NCBI GenBank assembly: GCA_051453625.1 | Contig: JBOZIK010000001.1 | Coordinates: 15,965,427 to 16,002,545, forward strand | DNA: 37,119 nt | Source: Welwitschia mirabilis | Taxonomy: Eukaryota | Direction of reading: 5' to 3' | Shown here: one piece after another, positions 23,089-34,461 of the stretch | How the letters are laid out: every line of letters starts with the position of its first letter | Numbering within the stretch: the first letter of the stretch is position 1 | Notes under the pieces: generated by a model | The model's input: the letters and a program-made list of their open reading frames with translations, nothing else | What the model was told of the DNA's origin: nothing | Database searches by the model: none | Program-made: the position numbers and the translations under genes

Positions 23089-24642
23089 TGATAGGATTGA
23101 GAACCCTGGAAGGGGGTGAATAGATTCTTAAAAATTACAATAGGGAATTATAAATTAATTAAAGATGTATCAAAAACTTGCATAGAATAATGTACTAATT
23201 TGAAATATGCATGAAAAGAAAAGCTAATAGAAGTAAAGAAATAAACAAACTGAAAGAACATAATATCAAATAGATTTAAACAAGATTTTTATAGTGGTTC
23301 AAGAAAATCCCTACTCTACTCTTGATGATTAGTTTATCATTAAGCTTGATCTAGATCTTCATTACTCCACTAGGTATTCTAGGTTCACCTCTAATCTTTA
23401 CAAATGAACTTTTCTAAGCTTAGCTTCAATCTTTGAGCAAAGTTTTGTAGGCTTAGTATCAACCTTTAAATGTAATTTTTAAGGCTTGGTCTTAAACTTT
23501 GAACAGACTTTTCATGGCTTAGTATCAACCTTTCACAATGTAAAATACTAATGCAATGATGTCAATATGCACAGATATCACTCATTCTTGATACAGTAGA
23601 TTTGATGAAGCCCTTCTCCTATAGATGTATATTAGATAAAGCAGTAGATCTAATTTTAAATGTAGAGATGATATAGACATTATATATTTCTTTGTCAGAA
23701 TTACAAATGCTAAGACTTAATAGTGAATATCATAAGATTATAGTGCCAGTTTCTTTAATCCAAAAGATTAACATAATTAAAAAATGGTTCCAAAGGATTT
23801 TGTAGTCATCTATCTCTTAGATATTTATATTGGAAGGCTTTTAGGATTTATTACATTTTAAATATGCTTCTAATAACTATTAATGGCTAGAAAATGGCTA
23901 TCTAATGGTTGTATAATAAATATAAAATAGATAGAAAATTTTAGTTCTATTCCATCCGATCAACTCCTCAAAAGTCTGATTGACTCCATCTAGATTTGTT
24001 CGATCCCACTTTGGTCATTCACTATAAAATTTGGTCATTTGCTTATCTTGATAAAGATCTTTCTAATTTCCAGCATCAGTTCTAGTCGACTCCTTCAGGT
24101 GTCTGGTTGACCTTATAAAGATTAGCTTACAAGTATCAGTTGTAAAGTGCTTGGGTCCAATTAACTCCATCATAGGTCTAGTTGACCCCTTATCAATTAG
24201 TTCAAGAGTACTATTTCTTGGTTCATAGATCTCGTCGACCCCATCATAGATTCAGTTGACCCCTTATCATTTAATCTAGGGATACTATTTATCAAGTCCT
24301 CAAATTCAATCAACCCCATAAATGTCCAGTCGACCCCTTGTCATTTGGTTTAGAGATACTAATACTTGAGGTTATAAGTTTGGATGATCTCATCAAAAAT
24401 CTAGTTAGCCCCTCTAAATTTAATTTAATTTGTTTGTCTACTTCAGGTGTGGTCGACCTCATGAAAGTCTAGTTAACCCCTCATGAGGGTAAATGAATTG
24501 ACAGGTTCCTAGTACTCAGAATTTAATGGTTTTGATTTCATTTTTAGACATGTAAGTAATTAACATCTTTTATACAAGATACACAAAATTTGCTATATAG
24601 AAAATATTAGTTTGACATTAATTAATAAAACATAATGTAACA
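23089..24642 (-). repeat. 5' LTR of the Sirevirus-like tandem
   Basis: Minus strand TGTTA...CCTATCA; CTATTCACCCCCTTCCAG near 3' end; TATAAATA-like box ~23822-23829; host Athila-like sequence (no PPT) resumes at 24643. Confidence 0.92.
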
Positions 24643-26577
24643 CTTACTTCTCTAATCGTAGTTACACTCCCCTTATCATAAAAAAATAATGATTATTTTG
24701 ACGCTATAGAATAAATGGTGTTCCTAATATCATCAAAGGTATTGCTTATTTCCTAGACTTATTAAGCTTATAATATTTTCACATAATCATTTCATTTGTA
24801 AGAATTCAGGTGTGTTTTGAGATGTTAAAAGGTAAGTTCATTTCAAAGCAGCTTTTGATCTTATCATTCATTATTTAAAAACACTAATACTTGGTATCAT
24901 CATAATCATTGCCTAATCAAGTGGTACTTTATAAAGTTTTTGAATTATGTCATGCATCATTCATCATGTAATTTTATGATTATTTCCAAGGGAATTTGCC
25001 TAGTTGGAATTTGGGGTAGGTACAAAATTTTCTTCATGTTCCTAGTTGTCTATTTTCATTTTTTTTCCTTAGTTGTTTTATTTAATATTTTAAAGTTAAT
25101 TGGATACTTTTTTTATTAGAATACTTAGGATTTAATTATTTAGTGGTTTTCATATTAATTTTCATATTTTACTCTTATTTTTTATTTATAGAAATTTATT
25201 TTCTTTTAGATATTTCATTAAATTATGTTTTTTAGTTTATGATGATAAATTTTCCCATATATTATTTTATTTTTTTTAATTTTAGTTATTTAATCTTTGT
25301 TTTTAGTTCAATGCATCCATTTACTATTTTTCAAATGATTATGAGTTTAGAGTATGTTTTAGAACCTTTTTTTTAGTGCATTATCATTATTTTATTCTGA
25401 CATCTCTTTCTCTTATCTTAACTTCTTTTCAAAATTCACCACCTTTATCAAGCCTTATTCATTATGATTCTTAGTCGTTTTCCATATTTTAGAATTTTTG
25501 ATAACTCTCTAAATCCTCCATGATTTCATCTTAGTCAAACATATTTTATTAATGCTTTCATTTTTTTAATCTTTTAAAAAATTCTATCATCCTTCTTATT
25601 GTCCAGACGATAAGGTCGATAACGTACTAATATTTTCTAAGCATTATCATTTTTATGTTTCATCATTTTTTGCTATTTTTTACCCTTCTTTTGCATAAAG
25701 ACTACTACTATAAGGTTCTTCTAATTTGTTTATTTGTACTTAAATGATATATTAATCCTTTTATTTAACATTAATGCAATACAAGATGTATTGATTCATT
25801 GTAGAAGGGAACAAAACATACTTTTGAGATATTTTTGAAATATTTTTAAGTAGAAATTTTGAGTACCATGTTTAAATTTTTTCCATGATATACATCTGTA
25901 ATGTACTAGTCTAATTATGCTCATCTATTATTTGAGTGATATGCTTTATGAATATTATTTATTAAATCATGTACTTAACAATAAAATACTTGTAGTTTGT
26001 TTTCTTTGTACATGTGGCTAAAGTAATTTAAGAGACCATGAATGAGGAAAATAATATTATGCTCAATTTTTTTATGTATTTATCTTATGGATTATGCTTA
26101 AAAATGTAATGTTTGATTTATGAACATTACTTTTGAGTCATTACCTCTTCTAATTATACATGCACATCATTTATCTAAGTTTTTATGGTTATATCTTACG
26201 ATGATACTTTTTCTTAGACATTTGATATTTATTTCTTTGATGTATTAAATCTTTTAAATTGGGGGCTAACATACTAATAAGTGTTTTTGGTCTTATTTTC
26301 TAATGATCATACTTATAGGCATTTGATTTTATACCTAGACTTTTAAAAGCTTATTATTCCCATAATCATCTAGATGACATACTAGATGATATCATGGTTA
26401 TATTATCTACCAAGGTAAAGCATTCATTTTATTAGATTCTAAAATTTAATCCTACATATTGAGATTTTTGCTCAAAATATACATTTGCCTAGTAAATGTT
26501 TATCCTATTTAATTTTTCTTACAATCATAGTTTTTCACTAACCTTGTTAGGGATTTACAAGGCTAACTGAAGGTCTA

Positions 26578-27841
26578 TGTTGCAATGCTAAATTACATGT
26601 TCTTGATGAGGTGTTTTAAGTAGTTTTGTAGGACATTTGGATAAGTTTAAGTGAAAATCAATAATTACTGAGAGTCAAGGAGAAAATCATGGAAATGTAT
26701 AATCACTAATACATTTAGAGTCATATTGGATAATTTCTTATACTTCACATTTTAAGGAGGATTTAATGATTTACAAAGCCAATGTATCTTGATTAAATAG
26801 CTTGAAAAGACTATCATCCCCTTCACCATTCAGAAAACACTACTGAATGATACCATGTTTATGATGACAAGGATGTTGATTTGATTAAATATGGAAGCTA
26901 ACATGGAATCTCTCTTGATGTGGCATCATCCTCTTCATCATCTGGATGATAGTCAAGATGATACATAATTTTAGTTAATACATCAAACTTTACCTAACTT
27001 CTATAATGTCTTATGCATCACGTATGCACCATTGGAGTTTCTATTATGTCTATTAGATTTATTATTTTAAAGTATTTTATTATAAGAAATGCCTCCTTAA
27101 CCGTTGCTTTATTTTTTGTCTTCTTTAGCATCTAAAAATATTATGACAAGAGATTAAAGAATAGGAGATCCATGCATAATTACAGACAAGAGTCTTTTTT
27201 GTTTTAGGCTGTGTATTTTTTATTGAAGTACTACTCCTTGTAATAAGGATGTTGGTTCAAAAATAATGAAAAGCTTTTTTTAGTTTTATTCATGTGCATA
27301 TCCCTTACAGTTTATGTTGGTTATGATTTTGTGATAGTTTCATATTTAATATAGATCATCAAGAGCAATCTTTGCTAAGGTTGAAATTAGTAGTTTAGGT
27401 TTTTGCATTATATTTTACATTTTATAGATTAACCATTATATGTTTTTCATATTCTATTTGACATGCCTAATAGCTTAGGTTGGTTAGGATTAATGATAGT
27501 TTCTTTTATTGATCTAGGTTATACAGGTAGCCAATCTTTGTGATAAAAGGACTTGGTAATCAAATAGATATTACATGTACAATAGATTTCATTTTCATTA
27601 TATTAGTGTATTTACTTTGCATTATTTTCTTGCATTGTTCTTTATTTTCATCTTAACCTAAAAAAGAAAACATAAAAATATTTTGCTGAAATTAATTATC
27701 TAATTTTGAGCCTAGTGCCTTTAGCAGATTATGACATTTGGGTTTACTTCGATATATACTATTATGTGTCTTGTATAAATATTTATAATCGATAGGATCT
27801 ACTTAAGGACATAATGATTACATAAATATGCACTCACAATA
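26578..27841 (+). repeat. 3' LTR of the Athila-like element
   Basis: Starts TGTTGCAATGC after decayed PPT GAAGGTCTA, ends CACAATA, followed by TSD AAAAT; homologous to 10628-11874 and, inverted, to 34462-35851. Confidence 0.9.
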
Positions 27842-28990
27842 AAAATCAATGCCTTTCATTTGGAAATAACCTTAAGCTACCAACCTTGTTTGATTTCTAA
27901 ATATTTTTAAGTCCTCATTTAATTTATTCTTAGACTTATTTTTCTCTAGTGATATTATGTTCCTTAGCTCTAGGTACTAGTTCTAAACATTGATTCTTCA
28001 TTAATTAATTTAATTCATCTTACATTACAATCATCTTACTCTAAGCATTTTTATCTCTATTAAAATCCTTAGATACTAAAATTAAAACAAAACATATATT
28101 CACATAGATTAAACTTTTAGTCTTTATCTTACCAAAGGTATTATCTACCATAGAGTCAATAAAAAGATTTCTATGCATAATGATATCCTTTGGATGTGTT
28201 TGAGAAGCTTAAGTAGTTTATTCATTAGGTGATGAGGTAGGAATAGAAATATCTGAGATTAAAGATTTTAGTGTTAGACTTAATTATTTTAAAGATTAAA
28301 TATAATTCATCATCAACATATTTAACATTATATCCTCCCTTCTTATCTATTTTGATATGTGTACACTTTTCCCTCTATGACATCTTAAATTGAATACTCT
28401 ATAGTTCTTAATTTTTTTAAGTATCTTAAAATACGTCTTCTATAGATTTAAACATAAATTTATACTCTTTAGAATTTATAACTTACTTCCAAAATTATTA
28501 AAGTAGAGAATAGTATGCCCTTTTTCTTTTCACAGTTCATAGTGAATTTTAGTTATGCATAGTCTAGGGATGTAATGATCCTAAAGCCTTACATTAGAAA
28601 CTATCATATATTACACTAATTTACTTAATGTGATAATTCATCTAGAGTTGTAATAACTATTTAAAGAATGTAACCTTTAAATAATAATAATTTTTTAAAG
28701 AATAATAACATTTCATCATGATTAAATGATGAAATTTGATAGTGAAGGATATTCAAGTGATTTGCATAGGCTATACTAAGTTGTTGGCAATTTATCCTAG
28801 CTTCATATTGATCCCAAAAACTAGACCTTGAAGGAATTAGTTTCTTGATTAGTCTACTTACCAAAGGTCTTACATTTAATGTAGTAGATTTTTTAATTGG
28901 TTTTTCATAATATTATGTAATAAAGATGAATATCTTATTTTTTTGTCAATTTATATTATTTTTCTTATATAAAAAAGATTCTATTTTTTT
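27842..28990 (-). pseudogene. Ty1/copia (SIRE-like) integrase remnant, linker and RT N-terminal half; same element as 9770-10627
   Basis: TKIHYEL*KEKGHTILYFNNFGSKL*IL..KFMFKSIEDVF..KNYRVFN (KTPYELWKGKKP..YF..FGSKC.IL..KFD.KS.EG.FLGY..AYRVFN) ~28560-28390; M*DELN*LMKNQCLELVPR; NKLNED..RNQTRLVA*GYFQMKGIDF ending at 27842. Upstream limit approximate. Confidence 0.85.
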
Positions 28991-30261
28991 CAAATGCTTT
29001 TAATATGATAAAATGATAGTTTAATTATTGTTAAAAAAATTATAAAAAAAAGGAATTAAAATTTTCATAATTGGTATCAAAGCAAAACTAATCCATACAA
29101 ATGTAGATATTCTATTTTTTTAAAGATTTCCAAAGAAACTAGTACAAATGTAAAAAAAGAAAGAAGTTTAAAAAATAAAATACAATAATAAAAAAAATAA
29201 CAAACAAAAATCATTGATATAAAATAGAAAAGAAGCAATCAAACTTATACATCACTGAGAGTCATCCTTTTATGAATAGAAAGGCATAGGTAAAGGATTG
29301 AGAAGGTGGGTTAGGATTTTCCATTATTGTCATTAAGAAATAAATAGCTTGACGTAATGAAATTATTATAGTAATTATTTAATAAAATAATAATATATTT
29401 TAGAGAATTTTTAAGATGTTCTTTAGACATCCAATAGTGATAATAAAAATCACAAAAATCCTCCTTGGAAATCATCAATCATTTTAAAGAATATTTGAGA
29501 ACCCACTTTAGTTGGGTGATACAAGCATCCTTCCATGCTAATGTCAAGAAAATAACTCCTTTTTAAGATTTTTTTCTTTAAAGAAATTAATTCTATAAGT
29601 GCATGAAATCAATTATACCTATAATAAGTGCTATTAGAAATAAATAGCCCTAAAACATTTTGCATAGCAAAGCAAGAGCTAAATAATCATTACTACATAC
29701 CTTAACACTCAAAGATAGACTTTGGAATATTTCAACTGATACATCTTGTGATGCACCATGCAGCATATTTCTTTTAATACACTAACAATGATTTCAAAAT
29801 TTTGATAAACAAATCCCATAAAGGATGCATTTTTGCATGCCAAAATTGACATTCTAAGCAAGTAAAATAAATCAATTTAGTATAGGAAGAAATATTAAAA
29901 ATATTGTTTTATTACATATTAATATATTTTGCCTTATTTATTATTTTTATGATATTATCAACTTTCCCTTAACATCAGAAAGTTTATTGCTACATTATAA
30001 AGATCACTACAAAACAACATGATAATGCAACATCAACTACTAGTACTCTAGCTAGGACTACTCATGCCACTGACCTTCTAAAGTGGATTGGTAAAAAAAC
30101 TCACATTCCTATATCTTCTACAGGAATTAAATTCATTTCAATTATTGGCTTAATTGGATAATAAATTAAATTTAACCTTAAAATATGGTAACACTTAGTG
30201 GAAGTACAAATTAATACATCATAGTAACATGTGGCATAACAAGAAAAAGTAAGATGGAGAT

Positions 30262-30376
30262 TGTTAAAATTAGTTCCACATGGTTAGACTAAAGTAAGGA
30301 GTCTTATTCTTCTCTCTCTTTCTCTCTCTCTACACACACACACACACACGCGCACGCGCGCACGCACGCGCGTGCG

Positions 30377-30416
<40 letters not shown>

Positions 30417-30469
30417 CTTATGTACAATGAGTAATATATAGATTGAAATCCTCTATCCATAAATTAACA
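30262..30469 (+). repeat. Putative 5' LTR (208 bp) of the copia element
   Basis: TGTTAA...TTAACA terminal inverted repeat, immediately followed by PBS TGGTATTAGAGT (30470-30481). No second copy in the window to confirm the 5' boundary. Confidence 0.65.
30308..30418. repeat. Compound microsatellite (CT)n-(CA)n-(CG/CA)n-(CA)n
   Basis: Directly visible; alternating purine-pyrimidine from ~30331 to 30413. Confidence 0.97.
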
Positions 30470-31937
30470 TGGTATTAGAGTTATTAATGACACCAAGGAG
30501 GCATTTTAAGAGAGCAAAGTTATGGTGAATACCATGGACAACTTGAACTTGATGTTGATAATAATGTCATAGTATCCTTCAATAAGGTCAGATGTTCTAT
30601 AAGGCTCCATTATTGAGACCAAAGTCTTCCCTTTAGTTGATGTGCTCTATGGATGGAAGTTTCTTAATCTTTAGCATTCAAAGAACATAATCACTTTAGA
30701 GAGTACATCATGATAGTCCAACTACATTACTAATGATATTTCATACTAATAGTAAAATCTTAAAAAGAGAAGCGTCATCACCTTTATGATCACTGAACTC
30801 TCTTGTATTATTAATTACTCTTGCCTATAACAAGTTCACCACCTATCGTGATAAGCTATTATTCTCTTAGGTCATGTTCTTACTACTCTTCTTTCTATTT
30901 ATAGAATCCTTTACTACTGCTAGTACTCTTTTATATTCCTACATACCTCTATTGATTATTACAACATAGTCAATGCATTACCTTCCTTTTACTTGTTGTC
31001 GTATGACTTTCCTCTCTATTATGCTCCTAATTTAGTACTTTTTCACATCTTGATCTGTCTACTAGATTTACACCTACACTACATGTTCTATTACATTAGT
31101 GCTTATCATAGATTTTCTATGACTTGTTAATGCATGTGTCCATGCTACTACTTGCTATTTTGCATTACTTGGTATTATTATGCTCAATGTTGACATCCTA
31201 TATGTATGCCTCTAATTACATTGCTCTAATGTTTACCTACATGATGTGGAACTACTCTTTATCTTTACTTGTACATGCTTAGTGTCTAGCCTTACCACTA
31301 CCACTTTGTCCATAGCTCTTACTCCTCTCTCACATTGCTATGCCTATCATGCTGTTTTCCTTCTATTATTCTAGAACTACTTATTATCTTACATAATGAT
31401 GTTTAATGCATTTTACACTTCTTTCCACATGCTACTTGCATCAGACTTACCTCCCTATGTGCTTCTTCTCTAGTGTCCTCTATAGCTAGTGCTCTGCTTT
31501 CATCTCCTACTTGCTACTATAGTGATTACAACTCTTATGTGTCCCTAAGTACTTCCCTTGATTGTCAACTACCATGTATTTTCACATCTATTTATGCCTT
31601 TTGTTAGTTTTCCTGTGTGTTCCCACCACTATCTGTGATCTCTTGTTACTTCTCTATGTGGTCTGGCACTACCTTTATAACCTCTACTGTAATAAGATTC
31701 ACTATTATTATGGACTATTCTCTACTACCCTAAACTCATTTACATTACTAGCCTTCTGCTGCTGACCTATTTTGGCATGTTTCCTTACTAATCATCCTAT
31801 TCTATCTTGTCTATACGCTCTACCATTTGGATCTTCTGTTTTAGCTAAATGAATTTGTTTTTTTTGTTATAACATAACTTTGTGAAATTATTTAGGAAAA
31901 TAAGATCCTTGGGCAATCTTAGTTCTTTAATCTAAAG

Positions 31938-34461
31938 ATGTCCTCTAGTGAAAATATTTTCTCATCTATGTTCTCTTCATTTCTAGTAATCACAACTAAG
32001 AAGTTGAAAGGTAGTATCAATTACACATCATTGTCTACTTCTATTGAGTTATGGTATATGGAACAGGGTGTTAACAATCATCTAATATTCAAAGCTAAAC
32101 ATGTAAAAAAAGATCAAGATAATTAGAATAAAATTGATGCCTTATTGTGTAACTTACTATGGCAGTTAATTGATCTAAGCTTATATCCTATCTGTAAGTC
32201 ATATCGTACATGTGTTGAGATCTGTTCTCATGCCAAAATTCTTTATACAAATGATATTTAATGGTTATACCCTATTATTAATAATATAGTTTCTTTGAAG
32301 TAGCATGACTTGGCTAAGCCTGATTTTATTGTAGGATGACATCATTAAGAACTAAGTTTAATACATTGCTCTCAGTTGCAAAAGAGGAATCGATCCTAAG
32401 AGATAATCTTTTTATGGTTTTAACTCTTTCTGCTTTAGAACCAAATTTCTCTCTAGTACATGACCAAATTCTTATAAGTATCACTATGCCATCTAGTAAT
32501 GAAGTATGTGTTTATCTTCTTTGAGTCTCTTCCATTAGTACCATGACAAACCCTATAATCACTAAGTCTTCAATTCTAATCTATTAGAATAAGAAAAGAG
32601 GAGAACAAGGAACTAGTTTTAGTGATAATATCAATAGGGGGAGCTACCCCAAGTCTAGTTTCTATTATAAGTTATGGTACATTAAGGATAAGTATCACAA
32701 GTTATATGGGATACCCCTTTGAGATGATAATGTGGCTCATGTGGATCATACTGACTCTTGTTCTAAGTCCTCTAAAGTGATACACTAGCCATTCTTACTT
32801 CTCATTGATACTAGATATGAGGAGTATTTCAAGTATTAAGTAGCTAGATATTCATCATCCTTTATTGATTTTATTATCCACACTAGTAATTCTACTACTT
32901 GCCTTACTTAGTACTCCACTATGGGATCATAACTTATGGACTTGAGTGCTATACATTATATTTCTAGTAATCTGCATCTATTTAGTTATTTTGATAGAAA
33001 ATCCTATTTATCTTTTAGTACTCTTGCTAATACTCTTGAGGCTATTCTTAAAGCCATATGACAAGCTAAACCTCTTCCATTTTTACATTTAGATTCTATT
33101 TTAAATCTTTCTAATTATTCCTTTAATCTTATGTTGTGTCATTTTTTATGATTATTATTTTGTCATATAGGACCAAAGTATGAGACAGATGATTAACATA
33201 GGGAATGAGTTAGAAGATCTATATTATATCAAATCACTAGTTTCAAATGTTGTATGCTCTGCTACCAACTCTCCATATTTGCTTCATAATCACCTAGGAC
33301 ATCCTAGTTTATCAAAACTATAAAAGATGATTCTTATCTTGTCTAGTCTATCATCTTTTAATTATGAGTTTTATCAGTTTGGAAAATAGTCTCAAACTTC
33401 ATTTTCAAAGTGTGTCAATAATCAGGCTACATTTCCATTTATATAGTTCATTCACACATTTGGGATCTAATTCATGTCATTTCTATTTTAATTTTTTAAT
33501 ATTTTATAACCTTTATTGATGATTATTTCCATTATACTTAGTTATTTATAATGAAAATTCATTTAGAACTTTTTAATATTTTTGAATCTTTATGTGTTGA
33601 GATTAAAACTTAATTTAACACATTTATTATGTGCTGCCTAGTGATAATGCCTATGAATACTTCTCTACTCATTTTCTAAATTCATGTCTTTTTAGAAAAT
33701 TATTTATGAATTACCTTGTGCAAATATGCCATAGAAAAATGGGATTGCTAAATGTAAAATTAGACATTTCATTAAGATGACATGCATTCTTTTTAAACAA
33801 TCATGGTCCTTTCCATTTTTAAACTAATGTTGTCCTCAATGCTTATTATCTTATTAATAGAATGACCTCATCAGTATTACAATACTAAACTGCTCATCAA
33901 ATTTTGTATCTTGATCAACCTTTATGTCTTCTTCCCTCACATATCTCTGGTTACATGTGCTTTACTCATAACTTATTTCCTAGTCAAGATAAACTCTCAG
34001 CATGATTACCTAAGTTTATCTTCCTTGGATACTTCCATCTTTAAAAAAGTTATAAATGTTGTTTTCCAAATTATTAGAATTATTTTATTTTAGCTAATGT
34101 CACTTTTTTTAAATCATTATCATATTTTTCTACTAATACTTTAGAAAGTCATAATACTTATGAGATCTTATTAGACTCATATCTCACTCCTATACCATGT
34201 GTTGAGTCTTCTAGATCTTTGCAAGTCTATCATCATCATCCTCATAATTCTCCTATTGTAGGTGTTGATTTATCTTTAAATAATATTCTAGTTCTTACAA
34301 CTTTAGCTCCTCCAGTTTGATTTCAAGTTTAAATTGACTCATAACCTACTTTAGCATGTCCATTAGCTAAGGCCCTCACTCTTGATGACCAACTCCCTAT
34401 TGCTATTAAAAAAGGTACAAGGTCTACTAGAATCCTCATCCTATTTACACCTTCTTCAATT
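31938..34461 (+). pseudogene. Copia gag-protease-integrase remnant
   Basis: ITTKKLKGSINYTSLSTSIELWYMEQG..KIDALLCNLLWQLID..AKILYTNDI; decayed knuckle PKSSFYYKLWYIKDKYHKLYG ~32650-32710; LMDLSAIHYISSN (protease) ~32935; LHNHLGHPSLSKL ~33285; VHSHIWD; FITFIDDY; SDNAYEY; P*KNGIAKCKIRH; AYYLINRMTSSVL; DKLSA..FLGY; LPIAIKKGTRST ~34395-34430. Confidence 0.92.

Larger units (their letters stand above)
16136..24642 (-). mobile_element. Sirevirus-like Ty1/copia element in tandem (LTR-internal-LTR-internal...), distal end lost in gap
   Basis: Minus-strand order: LTR, Met-PBS, gag, protease, env-like ORF, multiple PPTs, LTR, Met-PBS, second gag, gap. 16136-18855 is a diverged direct duplicate of ~21913-24642. 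Confidence 0.9.
10628..27841 (+). mobile_element. Complete Athila-like Ty3/gypsy LTR element (apparently non-autonomous) carrying a nested Sirevirus-like insertion
   Basis: Two ~1.25-kb direct LTRs, decayed PBS after the 5' LTR, decayed PPT before the 3' LTR, identical 5-bp flanks AAAAT at 10623-10627 and 27842-27846. Confidence 0.88.
30262..34461 (+). mobile_element. Ty1/copia element of Ale/Retrofit type (short LTR, long leader), interrupted before RT
   Basis: Short TG..CA LTR, Met-PBS, ~1.45-kb leader, gag-protease-integrase remnant, cut at 34461 by an Athila-like LTR. Confidence 0.85.

Noticed and set aside
26275..26577. Alternative start of the Athila-like 3' LTR after GGGGGCT
   Set aside because: Homology to the 5' LTR, the TSD and the inverted copy all place the start at 26578.
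28370..28990. Apparent viral 30K movement-protein-like pattern around ORF 28661-28864 (IVSNVRL..YFNNF)
   Set aside because: The same stretch is better explained as decayed copia integrase (KTPYELWKG..FGSKC..AYRVFN pattern) collinear with the adjacent RT.
29072..29083. TGGTATCAAAGC, Met-PBS-like on the plus strand
   Set aside because: No clear LTR end before it and no gag after it; opposite in orientation to the surrounding copia relic. Left uncalled.
29100..30240. Possible gag/protease of the old copia (IGCLKNI ~29425; QLKWVLK ~29510, minus strand)
   Set aside because: Position fits but motifs are too decayed to support a call without an HMM search.
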